The notes under the pieces were generated by a model. The model was not told the DNA's origin and searched no databases. It worked only from the letters and a program-made list of their open reading frames with translations. Shown here one piece after another: positions 18,784-29,026 of a stretch of DNA of 64,000 nucleotides (within the stretch, counting starts at the first letter, position 1; every line of letters starts with the position of its first letter). Source of the DNA: an uncultured Ignavibacteria bacterium (lineage in GTDB: Bacteria > Bacteroidota > Ignavibacteria > Kapaibacteriales > Kapaibacteriaceae); NCBI GenBank assembly GCA_903939735.1, contig CAJAIA010000018.1, positions 2,402-66,401 of the forward strand, given 5' to 3'. Position numbers and translations under genes: made by a program.

Positions 18784-20733
18784 ATGATGAAGTTGCGTTA
18801 CCGCTATTTTCTGCTGCTCTGCATTGCAGTGGCAACATCTATGTCGCTGCTTGCACAAGAACCGCCGCGCGTGCCAACCCGGTGGGGACTTCATCTTGGT
18901 CTCAACTACAATATGGCTGGTGTTGGATATGGCTATTGGGCAGCGGGCGACCCGTTACGTCTGGGAGCTCAGTTCACGAAGCTCGTGTTGAATGACGGCT
19001 CTGGTATCGGCCTCTACGGCGGGTTGAGCTTTCAAACAGCGCTCACCAACAACCTGTTCTTTGGTGCCCGATTGTCGTACGACAATCGCAGCTTGATCGC
19101 ACGAGATGATCAATCCTATACGAAGCCTGATGGTTCGTTTCTATCGGATGAGTATTCGTTCAAGAACAGTTTCATCTCGCTCGAGCCAAATGTGAAGTTG
19201 TATCTCGGCCGCCGTTTCCACGTGACGGGTGGTTTGGGCATGGGGCTCGCCCTCAGCCAAACGTATGACTACACACCAGAGGGTGGTACGCCGCGCACCG
19301 GACTCGAAGTTGGCCCTGCAGATACGCTCAAGCACAACATCACGTGGTCAGGCTTTGCGGGTATTGGATACGATCTCTACCTCACGGATTCCTCAGCAGA
19401 TCAACAACTGATCCTCACGCCATTCCTTGAAACCTCCTACATGGTGAGTCAGCGCGGTGTTGACTTCACCGACCAGACGTCATTCGATGGTGCATTGAGC
19501 ACCGTATCGATCCGTGCCGGTGTGTCCCTCGCGATTGGTGCCGCCGATCACGATCGGATGATGGCAATGCCAACGCCAAAGAAATTCTTCCGTGTGATGA
19601 TCCCAGCCGACGGCATTTACTCGCGTCGCGTCGAGCGCGCTGCCTTCCCGTTGCGCACCTTTGTGTTCTTCGATAAAGAGTCCGCAGACATCCCAGGTCG
19701 GTACAACTTTGTTACGGCTGATGAGACGGCGACCTTCGGACAGAACACGGGTCTGACGGCTGATGACATTGCAAATGTTCAGGAGCGCACCTACATCCAA
19801 CGTGAGGTGTACTACCATCTGCTCAACATTATCGGTTATCGCCTGAAGAATAATGCAGGCTCGAGCGTTGAATTGTACGCATCGGATCCTGACGGTAAGG
19901 ATGCAACGCCATATGCTGAGTCGGTGAAGAAGTACCTCGTTGATGTGTGGGGCGTAGCTCCGACACAATTCGCGATCACCACTGGGCCACCTGATCCGAA
20001 GTCCGGTACGCCGCGTACGCCAGCAGTCGACATTCCGTTTACACAGGAAGAGAATCGTCGCGTGCAGTTCCGCAACTTCAATCCAACGAAGCTCGGTGGT
20101 CCGGTGTATCTGTCATCACCACGTGAAGCAGAAGAAGATCATCAGGTATTTGTTGAACTCACCACGAACGAAGACATTGCCTCGTGGAGTGCGACCATCA
20201 CTGGTAATGGCATGCGCCGTCAGTTCGGACCATTCAAGAGCCGCAGCGAGTATCTCGATCCAACGGGCCTTCTGCGTCCCGATCAAAAGTCTGCGCAGTT
20301 CACGGCAAACATTGTTGCAACGAAGACCGACGGTTCGACGTTGTCGGATGCAGAGACGTTCATGCTCGTGCGCACCGATCGTGAAGGTAGCTCACGTCGC
20401 CATCGCCTGCTCTTCAACTACGCAGAAGAAGATCCGATTGGTCGTTCCAAGGCGCTGATTGAAACCGACATCGTGCCCGACATCAAGAACGGCTCGAAGG
20501 TCTACGTCTATGGCCATACAGATAGCCTTGGTGCTGATCAGGTTAATCTCCAGCTCTCGCGCTCGCGCGCCAACGACGTCAAGAAAATCCTGCAGGATGC
20601 GATTTCAGCTCGTGGTATCTCTGGTGTGAAAATCTACGCCTATGGACTTGGCGAAGACGACTCACCGTTTGAAAACGAGTTCCCTGAAGGACGCATGTAC
20701 AATCGTACTGTGATCATCGACATTGTGCCGTAA
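18784..20733 (+). CDS. OmpA-family outer membrane protein
   Basis: A signal peptide (MMKLRYRYFLLLCIAVATSMSLLAQ), a large N-terminal beta-rich region, and a C-terminal OmpA-like motif YGHTDSLGADQVNLQLSRSRAN. Confidence 0.7.
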   Translation: MMKLRYRYFLLLCIAVATSMSLLAQEPPRVPTRWGLHLGLNYNMAGVGYGYWAAGDPLRLGAQFTKLVLNDGSGIGLYGGLSFQTALTNNLFFGARLSYDNRSLIARDDQSYTKPDGSFLSDEYSFKNSFISLEPNVKLYLGRRFHVTGGLGMGLALSQTYDYTPEGGTPRTGLEVGPADTLKHNITWSGFAGIGYDLYLTDSSADQQLILTPFLETSYMVSQRGVDFTDQTSFDGALSTVSIRAGVSLAIGAADHDRMMAMPTPKKFFRVMIPADGIYSRRVERAAFPLRTFVFFDKESADIPGRYNFVTADETATFGQNTGLTADDIANVQERTYIQREVYYHLLNIIGYRLKNNAGSSVELYASDPDGKDATPYAESVKKYLVDVWGVAPTQFAITTGPPDPKSGTPRTPAVDIPFTQEENRRVQFRNFNPTKLGGPVYLSSPREAEEDHQVFVELTTNEDIASWSATITGNGMRRQFGPFKSRSEYLDPTGLLRPDQKSAQFTANIVATKTDGSTLSDAETFMLVRTDREGSSRRHRLLFNYAEEDPIGRSKALIETDIVPDIKNGSKVYVYGHTDSLGADQVNLQLSRSRANDVKKILQDAISARGISGVKIYAYGLGEDDSPFENEFPEGRMYNRTVIIDIVP

Positions 20734-20755
20734 GTGCACGTAAGGACCTAACAGC

Positions 20756-21451
20756 ATGGCACTTCTAGGCCACGCCGCAACCTACATCGTATCATCACCA
20801 AACCCCCATGCCTCTGCCGAGGCGTGGGGGTTGCTTGGTTTTGATGATGCCGGAAGCGACGCATCGATCATCCGCATGACGGATGGTCAGATCTTCATTT
20901 CGATCATTCCTCGTGAAGGATCGGGACTTTCGCTGGCATACTTTGCACCATCGCTCCAGAGTGTTCGCGACAAGCTCGTCGCAGCTAACGTTGAGCTCAC
21001 GGGTACACCCACAACCGACCTCTGCGTACACGGTTGTTCAACGACGTGGTGGATTCATACGGCGACGCCTGAGCGCATGCAACAGCGTACCGGCGAGGGA
21101 AGTCCGTTGCTTGGGTACTTCGATGCCCTTGTACTGCCCGTGAACGAAGTCGCAACAGCAAGCGAGTGGATTCAGCGTCTTGGATACATTCTGATCGACA
21201 TTGGTGGCGATGTTAGCTCGCGTATCGACTGCACGGACGGACTCGTTACATTGTCCCTCCGGAAGACCGACGGGGGATCGACATTCCTCCACTACACGGC
21301 AGATCTCGACGCAGAATGGGCCGAGGCTGCAGAGTCGTCATTAGGCTCGCAACTGACGGTGTATCGCGACGCAGATGGAATGCCGTATATGGCACGCATC
21401 GTGATGCCGGATGATGTGGTGATTATCATCACATCCGACGAACTATCGTAA
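20756..21451 (+). CDS. Hypothetical protein
   Basis: A 231-aa ORF with no motif I can recognise by eye. A VOC/glyoxalase-like fold is a guess only. Confidence 0.4.
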   Translation: MALLGHAATYIVSSPNPHASAEAWGLLGFDDAGSDASIIRMTDGQIFISIIPREGSGLSLAYFAPSLQSVRDKLVAANVELTGTPTTDLCVHGCSTTWWIHTATPERMQQRTGEGSPLLGYFDALVLPVNEVATASEWIQRLGYILIDIGGDVSSRIDCTDGLVTLSLRKTDGGSTFLHYTADLDAEWAEAAESSLGSQLTVYRDADGMPYMARIVMPDDVVIIITSDELS

Positions 21452-21459
21452 GGACTGCG

Positions 21460-22122
21460 ATGAAACCCGCCCTTGTGCTCTTCGATCTTGACGGTACGCT
21501 CGTCGACTCTCGTCCGGGCATCGTCCATTCTCTACGCGAGACACTCGCGCTGCATACCGTAGCGCTCGAGGCCGATCATGACTTCACGTGGTGCATTGGT
21601 GCGTCGCTGTGGAAGATCTTCGAGCACTATCTCAACACAACTGATCAGCACGTACTCTCGGGTGCCGTTGCACAGTACCGTCACATCTATCGTGATGGTC
21701 CAATGTTTGAGTACGATATCTACGACGGGGTTATCGACACGCTTGCGGCAATCAAGGCTGATGGTGCGCGTATCTGTATTGCGACAGCAAAGGCGCACGA
21801 GTATGCTCGTGAGATCATTGAAGTGTCGAAGCTGGAACCATACATCGATCATGTGTACGGTTCCGAGCTCGATGGTCGGAATGTCGATAAGCGTGACTTG
21901 CTGCGACACGTGCTTGCAGAAGAGCGGATTGCTCCTGAACTCTCGGTGATGATTGGAGATCGCAATCACGATATCGATGGTGCACTTGCTAATGGTGTAC
22001 ACGCCGTTGGTGTGCGCTATGGGTATGGTTCGGCCGACGAGATCCAGCATGCGCATATCTGTGTTGACACAGCCGCTGAGCTGCCTCGTGCTATCGCGTC
22101 AATCGTTCCTCAGTCACGCTAA
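21460..22122 (+). CDS. HAD-superfamily hydrolase (phosphoglycolate phosphatase-like)
   Basis: Motif I is LVLFDLDGTLVDS, followed by later HAD motifs (GDRNHDIDGA). Confidence 0.7.
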   Translation: MKPALVLFDLDGTLVDSRPGIVHSLRETLALHTVALEADHDFTWCIGASLWKIFEHYLNTTDQHVLSGAVAQYRHIYRDGPMFEYDIYDGVIDTLAAIKADGARICIATAKAHEYAREIIEVSKLEPYIDHVYGSELDGRNVDKRDLLRHVLAEERIAPELSVMIGDRNHDIDGALANGVHAVGVRYGYGSADEIQHAHICVDTAAELPRAIASIVPQSR

Positions 22123-22124
22123 CG

Positions 22125-23096
22125 GTGTCGTTGGTGAGTGACCGTCGCACCATTACAGATCAGATCACAGAGGCAGCCCTCGCATGTGGGTTTGATGCTG
22201 TAGGAGTTGCACGTGCTGAACCCTGTGATGAGGCATGGGAGCATTATCGTACCTGGATCGATCGTGGCTACCATGGAGCATTGTCGTACATGGAGCGGAA
22301 CATCGATGCACGCCGCGATGTATCGCACCTGCTTCCCGGCGCACGCAGTGTGATAGTTGTCGCGAAGAACTACTATACGCCTCACATACATCCTGACGGT
22401 GCGGTTGGCAAGATTGCGCGCTATGCCTGGGGCGACGACTATCATGTTGTCCTGCCTCCGATGCTCGACGAGCTTTGTCAGATTGTGCAAGATCTCGTGC
22501 CGGGGTCGGAGACACGTCGCTACACCGATACCGGACCAGTCCTTGAGAAGGAGTGGGCTGTGCGTGCCGGGGTCGGATGGATGGGGAAGAACGGGAACAT
22601 CCTACGCCGGGATATTGGGAGTTGGTTCTTCCTTGGCGTGGTGATCACCACGGCAGACCTTGAGCCAAATGAACCCATGGATGACTATTGTGGCAGTTGT
22701 ACAGCATGCTTGGATGCCTGCCCAACGAAGGCCATCGTTGAGCCAATGGTGGTCGATGCTACGAAATGCATCTCCTACTGGACCATTGAAATGAAGCCCG
22801 ATGTGGAGATCCCGCTCACGGTCGCATCCAACCTAGATGGCTGGGTATTCGGCTGTGATGTTTGCCAGGACGTCTGCCCGTGGAATCGGTTCCAGACACC
22901 GACCTCGGAAGAGAGGTTTTCCCCACGTGAGGGAGTCACCGTTCTCAATCCCTCGGACCTCGTAGATTTGCAACCCGACGTGTTTGTTGAGCGATTTCGC
23001 CATAGCCCGTTGAAGCGGCCTAAGCTAGGCGGACTCCAGCGCAATGCTCGTACGCTCTTGTCGGCCGCCACGGTCGACGACGCGGATCGGGAATAA
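22125..23096 (+). CDS. queG: Epoxyqueuosine reductase
   Basis: The 4Fe-4S ferredoxin motifs CGSCTACLDACPTKAI and CDVCQDVCPWN sit inside the QueG-like architecture. Confidence 0.75.
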   Translation: MSLVSDRRTITDQITEAALACGFDAVGVARAEPCDEAWEHYRTWIDRGYHGALSYMERNIDARRDVSHLLPGARSVIVVAKNYYTPHIHPDGAVGKIARYAWGDDYHVVLPPMLDELCQIVQDLVPGSETRRYTDTGPVLEKEWAVRAGVGWMGKNGNILRRDIGSWFFLGVVITTADLEPNEPMDDYCGSCTACLDACPTKAIVEPMVVDATKCISYWTIEMKPDVEIPLTVASNLDGWVFGCDVCQDVCPWNRFQTPTSEERFSPREGVTVLNPSDLVDLQPDVFVERFRHSPLKRPKLGGLQRNARTLLSAATVDDADRE

Positions 23097-23108
23097 TGTT
23101 TTGACTAT

Positions 23109-24077
23109 TTGACTACCCACACGACTACTATGCATCATACAGACATCGCCATCATCGGATCGGGGCCTGCAGGGTTTACTGCAGCCCTCTACGCAAGCCG
23201 TGCAAATCTTAAGGTTGTGATCTTCGAGGGTACACAGCCCGGCGGACAGCTCACGATCACGACAGAAGTCGAGAACTACCCAGGATTTGAACACGGCATC
23301 ATGGGTCCTGAGTTGATGGAGGTGTTTCGTAAGCAGGCTCACCGCTTTGGTGCGCAGTCACGCTACGAGATGATCACACATGTTGATGCATCTGCTCGCC
23401 CCTTTACGCTGACCAATGAGCGCGGCGAGAAAACAACTGCAGACGCAGTGATCGTGGCGACCGGTGCAACGGCGAAGCTGCTCGGTGTTCCCGGCGAACA
23501 GGAATACATGGGCTTTGGTGTGAGCGCATGCGCCACGTGCGACGGATTCTTCTTCCGCGGACTCAAGGTGTTTGTCGTTGGTGGTGGTGATACTGCCATG
23601 GAAGAGGCGAACTACCTCACACGCTTTGCAGAGTCGGTAACAGTGATCCATCGCCGCGATGATTTCCGCGCATCCAAGATCATGGTTGATCGCGCAAAGG
23701 CGAATCCGAAGATCTCGTTCATGCTCAATGCAACGGTCGATGAATACGTCGGCACAACCGTCAATAACGCAAAGAAGCTCACGCATCTGCGGGTGCGCAA
23801 TACGGTTACCAACGAGATCGTTGACGTGCCGGCTGACGGAGCATTCGTCGCGATCGGGCATCAGCCAAACACATCGCTCTTCAAGGGCATGCTGGACATG
23901 GATGATGTAGGATACATCGTCACGACGGGTAAGAGCTCCTACACGAATGTCGACGGCATCTTCGCATGCGGCGATGCGCAGGACAGCGTCTACCGCCAGG
24001 CAATCACGGCAGCTGGCTCTGGATGTATGGCCGCGATCGATGCTGAACGTTGGCTCGAAGCACAACACAGCGCGTAA
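23109..24077 (+). CDS. trxB: Thioredoxin-disulfide reductase
   Basis: The FAD motif IAIIGSGPAG, the redox-active CATCDG, and the NADPH motif VVGGGDTAMEEA. Confidence 0.9.
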   Translation: MTTHTTTMHHTDIAIIGSGPAGFTAALYASRANLKVVIFEGTQPGGQLTITTEVENYPGFEHGIMGPELMEVFRKQAHRFGAQSRYEMITHVDASARPFTLTNERGEKTTADAVIVATGATAKLLGVPGEQEYMGFGVSACATCDGFFFRGLKVFVVGGGDTAMEEANYLTRFAESVTVIHRRDDFRASKIMVDRAKANPKISFMLNATVDEYVGTTVNNAKKLTHLRVRNTVTNEIVDVPADGAFVAIGHQPNTSLFKGMLDMDDVGYIVTTGKSSYTNVDGIFACGDAQDSVYRQAITAAGSGCMAAIDAERWLEAQHSA

Positions 24078-24079
24078 GG

Positions 24080-25723
24080 CTACTCGATAATCGTCGACTT
24101 GGCCTTCTGTTTCTTGGCTGATGCGGCGCCCTTGCGTGCCTCATCAAGTGTTCGGTAACCCCAGAGTTTCACGCGATACACTGGAGCGTGATTGGCGACA
24201 ACAAGCTCAAAGTACGCTTTGAAGTTTCGTTGCTCCCAGCGTCGTACCTCGTCGTATGCCATTGCTTCGGTTTCGACTTGATCAACTGTGATCGTATACG
24301 GAAATGCGTCCGGAGTGAGGAGTCGTGCTTCAACACGATTGTTCATTAGGCGTTGCGTGCCATCGAGCTGGAAATAGTAGAGCGGACGTCGACTTCCGTC
24401 GGATCGAACGCTCAGCTGCTCGTTGCGCACACCATAGGCCTTGAGGAAATCGCGCACATAGCCAGCGCGTTCTCGCGCACGGACGTCGGCATTCGACGTT
24501 ACATCATCGCTAACGTGTCCAATCAGTTCGACACGTAGCGTAGAATCCGACATCAGCTCTTCAGCCATTGAGGCCAGGAGGGGATAGAAGTTCTGCAGCC
24601 CCACCTCTGTTGTATCGGCAAACGTTGCGACAATCGCCGGAGATGTTCGGTACGCCTGCTCGACAAATTGCAGGGAGATCGAATCCGAGCGAAGAGGAGT
24701 TGCTGCGGCAAGATCTTCGACGTTGCACATCAGCCACGCTGATGCACCGCAGGTTTCGGAGGTTATACCAGTGAGAGAAAAGGACACATCGAGGAACGAA
24801 GTTGAGCCAAGGACGAGCTCGCGGATATGAGCTCCGACATCACCAGCCGATTCGACAGGAAGCGTCGTCAACCGTCCACCCGTTGCAGACGCGATATAGC
24901 GATACGGGAAGGCACGACTTTGCGTTCCAAGGCGAAGTACATGCACAACGGCATCCAGTTCGCGTGCTCGGCGAACGATCTGTTCGGTAGTTGTTGAGAA
25001 GGATGCGTTATCATCACTTGCTACGACCAGCACCACCGTGCGCGGACCATCATGTTCGGCCGCCATGGCGAGTCCGGTTAGCGTTGCAGCGAACGAAGCG
25101 CACAATCCGTCGGGCTCCGGAACGGCCTCGGGAACGCACGCATCGGCAACGCTCGAAGTCGGTCCTAGCGGCGCTAGTTCAAGCACGTCGTGATCGAAGA
25201 CCACAATACCAACGCTATCGCGAGCTGGGAACGTCGGCAGCACATCACGCAGCGATCGTACAACCTCGCGCGACGTCGACCCGGAGAGCAAACTGTTGTC
25301 GCAGACAATGATGGTTGTGCCACGAGCCCCTTGCCGTACGTCGAATCGTGATGATGCCATTGTGCGCGTCGGTGCAGCATCGGCACAACGGACATCAGCA
25401 GTGATGGCCAGGTTCATCAATCCAGCGGGCAGAAGATTGCCGAGCGAATCAAGAACGATCATACGTACACGGAGCGCTTCGCCATCACGTTGGGTGCCAA
25501 GGACGCGCACGGCGTGCGGCCGCATGGTAGTGTCAGTGGTCACACCACGCAGATATGCGCTTGGGAGAGTCGACGGATCGAATCCTGTTGGACCTGTCAG
25601 AACGTCCTGTGCGACGAGGACGCGAGCTTGCACGATCATCAGAAGTGTTGCGGCGATCGCCACCAACCAAGAACAACGACCATTACGGGGTAAGTGCAGC
25701 ATCAGATGTACCTGTCGTGACAA
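24080..25723 (-). CDS. Secreted protein with vWA-like, OmpA-like and C-terminal SPOR-like regions
   Basis: A 547-aa protein with a signal peptide. The central region resembles von Willebrand A (VVLVVASDDNAS). The C-terminal part has an OmpA-like motif (GHVSDDVTSNADVRARERA) and a SPOR-like end (YRVKLWGYRTLDEARK). The exact start is uncertain because it overlaps the clpB remnant. Confidence 0.5.
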   Translation of the reverse strand: MSRQVHLMLHLPRNGRCSWLVAIAATLLMIVQARVLVAQDVLTGPTGFDPSTLPSAYLRGVTTDTTMRPHAVRVLGTQRDGEALRVRMIVLDSLGNLLPAGLMNLAITADVRCADAAPTRTMASSRFDVRQGARGTTIIVCDNSLLSGSTSREVVRSLRDVLPTFPARDSVGIVVFDHDVLELAPLGPTSSVADACVPEAVPEPDGLCASFAATLTGLAMAAEHDGPRTVVLVVASDDNASFSTTTEQIVRRARELDAVVHVLRLGTQSRAFPYRYIASATGGRLTTLPVESAGDVGAHIRELVLGSTSFLDVSFSLTGITSETCGASAWLMCNVEDLAAATPLRSDSISLQFVEQAYRTSPAIVATFADTTEVGLQNFYPLLASMAEELMSDSTLRVELIGHVSDDVTSNADVRARERAGYVRDFLKAYGVRNEQLSVRSDGSRRPLYYFQLDGTQRLMNNRVEARLLTPDAFPYTITVDQVETEAMAYDEVRRWEQRNFKAYFELVVANHAPVYRVKLWGYRTLDEARKGAASAKKQKAKSTIIE

Positions 25724-27035
25724 AGCTCATGCGACCATTGTCGTCACAGTCTACCGTGACGGTATCGCCAGCACGAACTTCCGCACCAAGGATCTTTAAA
25801 GCAAGCGGATCGGCCAGATACCGCTGAATAACTCGCTTGAGCGGACGTGCACCGAGCTGGACATCATATCCGCGGCGTCCAAGCCACTCGACGCAGTTCG
25901 GCGTCACGCTGAGATGGATGCCTAGGTCTTCCATGCGCTTTGCAACTGCTGCGATCTGGATTACAGCAATGCGTTGGACTTCGGAAGGAATCAGGGGCTT
26001 AAAGAGGATGATCTCGTCAATCCGGTTAAGGAACTCCGGACGAAGTCGTGAGCGCAGCAGCTCGGCAACTTCCACACGGATATCGGCGATGATCGATTCA
26101 CGATTCTCTTCGTTGATCAGCAACAATCGGTCCTGCATGAGCTCGGAGCCAATATTCGACGTCATGATGATGATCGTGTTCTTAAAGTCTACGACCCGAC
26201 CCTGGCTGTCGGTAAGACGACCATCGTCGAGAACTTGCAGGAGGATGTTGTACACATCTGGGTGTGCCTTTTCGATTTCATCCAGCAACAGAACCGAGTA
26301 TGGACGTCGACGCACGGCCTCGGTGAGCTGGCCACCTTCTTCATATCCGACATAGCCCGGAGGAGCGCCGATCAGGCGCGACACCGCATGTTTTTCCATG
26401 TACTCACTCATGTCGATGCGAATGAGTGCATTCTCGTCGTCGAAGAGGAATTCCGCCAGCGCGCGAGCCATCTCTGTTTTACCGACGCCCGTCGAGCCAA
26501 GGAAGATGAACGAGCCGATAGGGCGCTTTGCATCCTGGAGGCCTGCACGTGATCGACGGATGGCATTGGCAACGGCAGACACCGCATCGTCTTGTCCGAT
26601 AAGACGGTCGTGGAGGCGATCCTCCATCGCGAGTAACTTCGATCGCTCAGTTTCGAGCATGCGCTGCACGGGAATTCCCGTCCACTTTGCAACGACCTCG
26701 GCGATATCTTCGCCGTCGATTTCCTCCTTGAGCAGGGCCGATGTTGCCTGGAGTTCCACGAGTGCGGCATTCGCGTTGGTGAGCTCCTTTTCGAGATCCA
26801 ACAGCGTGCCATAGCGTAACTCGGCTACGCGACCATAGTCGCCAGCCCGCTCGGCATCGGCTGCCTGAACCTTCACATCCTCGGTCTCCGACTTGAGTCG
26901 TCGGATCGTCTGAATGTGCTCCTTTTCAGTTTGCCAGCGTGCTTTGAGACTGGCATGCTCCGTGCCGAGTTCGGCCAGTTCTCGGTCGATCTCTTCAAGT
27001 CGGAGTTTGGTGCTGCGCTTAATGTCTTCAGACAT
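25683..27035 (-). pseudogene. clpB: clpB gene remnant (C-terminal half of the M-domain, NBD2 and the C-terminal domain only)
   Basis: From MSEDIK onward the translation aligns with E. coli ClpB from about residue 455 onward (GIPVQRMLETERSKLL, IGSFIFLGSTGVGKTE, LLDEIEKAHPDVYNILLQVLDDGRLTD). The 144 codons at the 5' end of the ORF are unrelated and antisense to plsY. No N-domain or NBD1 is encoded nearby. Confidence 0.7.
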
Positions 27036-27140
27036 AGGGTGTGTCCTTCCGTGGTGTCGGACCCCATAGACGAACATGGGGCTACGATATGATATCGTCA
27101 CTCTTCGTGGGAATGCCAGCTGAGTAGTAAATTGGCATCC

Positions 27141-27830
27141 ATGGATCCGATCCTTCGCCTCGTTATCATCATCGTGCAGAGCTATCTGATTGGCTCGATT
27201 CCCAATGCACTCATCATCGGCAAGCGCTTCTTCGGCGTGGATGTCCGTAAGGTGGGGAGTGGCAACATGGGTAGTACGAATGTATTCCGTACCCTCGGCT
27301 GGAAGGCCGGTGCGATTGTGCAACTCTTGGACATAGCCAAGGGGCTTGTAGCTGTGCTGCTGGTGGCATACTTCTTCGACACCGAGATGCCGTTCAGCAA
27401 CGGAACACCGTTTGAGGATGAGACCATCGTAGGTGTGATTGCCGGAGTCTCGGCGGTTATCGGACACATGTGGAGCATCTTCGCCGGCTTCAAAGGAGGC
27501 AAGGGGATTAACACATCACTTGGCCTGTTGATCGCCGTTGCGCCTGTCGAGGTTGCCGTCGGCTTGGGCATCTTCCTCGCGCTTCTGTTCCTTTCTGGCT
27601 ATGTGTCTCTCGGATCAATCGGTGCTGCGATCGTCATCCCAAGCACGATGGTCTTCCGCTACAACGTGCTCGGTGTTTCGATCGAAGGATATCACACGCT
27701 CGTCTTCTTCCTCATCGGCTTGTCGGTGCTTGTGCTCTACGCGCACCGCACAAACATGCGCCGACTTCTAGAGGGCACGGAGAGCCGGTTCACCAATCTG
27801 GCCCTTCTGCGCCGGAAATCGGACGGGTAA
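27141..27830 (+). CDS. plsY: Glycerol-3-phosphate acyltransferase PlsY
   Basis: GSIPNALIIGK ... GSGNMGSTNVFRTLG is the PlsY signature. The protein is multi-TM. Confidence 0.85.
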   Translation: MDPILRLVIIIVQSYLIGSIPNALIIGKRFFGVDVRKVGSGNMGSTNVFRTLGWKAGAIVQLLDIAKGLVAVLLVAYFFDTEMPFSNGTPFEDETIVGVIAGVSAVIGHMWSIFAGFKGGKGINTSLGLLIAVAPVEVAVGLGIFLALLFLSGYVSLGSIGAAIVIPSTMVFRYNVLGVSIEGYHTLVFFLIGLSVLVLYAHRTNMRRLLEGTESRFTNLALLRRKSDG

Positions 27831-27833
27831 GCG

Positions 27834-28814
27834 ATGCGTATTGGAATTCTTGGCGCTGGTGCATGGGGCACTGCTTTGGCATGTGTTGCTGCAGATGCAG
27901 GACACGATGTGCAGTTGTGGGCCCGGGAGCATGACGTCGTTGAGGCGATGACAGCTACCCGAACAAACGACGCGTTTCTTCCCGGCTCGGTCCTTGCCGA
28001 GAGTATCCGGGCGACATCCTCGATGGAGGATCTTGTTGGAAGCGACATCATTATCAACGCGACGCCAACGCAGTTTGTCCGCGCCACAGTGCGCGACGCC
28101 GTTGTTGCGGGAGCAATCGTGGTGAATGTCGCCAAGGGGATTGAAGTAGGCACAAGCAAGCGCGTATCGGAGATCATGCACGAGGTGGCACCGTCGATGG
28201 CGGCCTATGTCGTTCTGTCTGGACCTAGCCACGCGGAAGAGGTTGTCCACCGCATGCCCACCACGGTAGTGGCGGCGTCGGCAGATCCGGCGATTGCACA
28301 GATCGTTCAATCAGCTCTCACCACTCCTGCGTTTCGCGTGTATGCCAGCGACGACGTTGTGGGCGTAGAGATCTGTGGTGCACTGAAGAATGTGATCGCT
28401 ATTGCCGCTGGTATTGTCGACGGACTTGGCTTGGGCGACAATACGAAGGCGGCGTTGATGACGCGGGGGTTGGCAGAGATTGCCCGACTCGGTGTTGCTC
28501 TGGGAGCTGAACAAGGCACGTTTTACGGTCTGGCAGGACTCGGCGATCTCTATGTAACCTGTGCATCGCGGCACAGCCGCAACCGCAGCGTTGGAGAGCA
28601 GATCGGAAAGGGGGCGACGCTTACATCGATCCTATCGACGATGAGTGCCATTGCTGAAGGTGTTCCCACGACAACTGCCGCACTCGAACTTGCTGCATCT
28701 GTAGGGATTGAACTCCCGATTACGCAAAAAGTAGCGAGCATCCTCTTCCACGGTGAGGACCCTCGGTCGGCCATTCGCGACCTCATGCTGCGTCCGGTCA
28801 AGAGCGAGTCTTAG
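27834..28814 (+). CDS. gpsA: NAD(P)H-dependent glycerol-3-phosphate dehydrogenase
   Basis: MRIGILGAGAWGTALA Rossmann motif. Length 326 aa. The plsY-gpsA pairing is conserved. Confidence 0.9.
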   Translation: MRIGILGAGAWGTALACVAADAGHDVQLWAREHDVVEAMTATRTNDAFLPGSVLAESIRATSSMEDLVGSDIIINATPTQFVRATVRDAVVAGAIVVNVAKGIEVGTSKRVSEIMHEVAPSMAAYVVLSGPSHAEEVVHRMPTTVVAASADPAIAQIVQSALTTPAFRVYASDDVVGVEICGALKNVIAIAAGIVDGLGLGDNTKAALMTRGLAEIARLGVALGAEQGTFYGLAGLGDLYVTCASRHSRNRSVGEQIGKGATLTSILSTMSAIAEGVPTTTAALELAASVGIELPITQKVASILFHGEDPRSAIRDLMLRPVKSES

Positions 28815-29026
28815 TCGTCGCTCTCGTCAGGTTCCCCACTGAGTCGACGCACCTTTAGTTCTGCTTCTTCCAGGTACGTTCGGCACTCTTGCGCCAGGCG
28901 CATACCTTCCTCGTACATCGCGAGTTGTTCATCGATTGGCGCTTCGCCGCGATCCAGGAGTGATGCTACTTCTTCGAGTCGCTTCAGCTTGTCTTCAAGC
29001 GTTTGGGATTTCGCTTTCGTTGCCAT
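28811..29026 (-). CDS. xseB: Exodeoxyribonuclease VII small subunit
   Basis: A 71-aa protein, MATKAKSQTLEDKLKRLEEVASLLDRGEAPIDEQLAMYEEGMRLAQECRTYLEEAELKV. The longer ORF start at 29200 is an upstream extension. Confidence 0.8.
   Translation of the reverse strand: MATKAKSQTLEDKLKRLEEVASLLDRGEAPIDEQLAMYEEGMRLAQECRTYLEEAELKVRRLSGEPDESDD

Noticed and set aside
27045-27065. Apparent 1-nt inconsistency between my reading of the printed sequence (GTCGACC) and the ORF-track translation (which requires GTCGGACC)
   Set aside because: I could not resolve it by eye. I deferred to the ORF track for frames, so hand-derived coordinates nearby may be off by one. It does not change the clpB-remnant conclusion, because NBD1 and the N-domain are absent either way.
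27036-27467. The N-terminal 144 codons of the ORF containing the ClpB homology
   Set aside because: They have no similarity to ClpB, are antisense to plsY and the spacer, and begin with a GTG. They are treated as a non-coding read-through frame, which leaves the ClpB part as a remnant.
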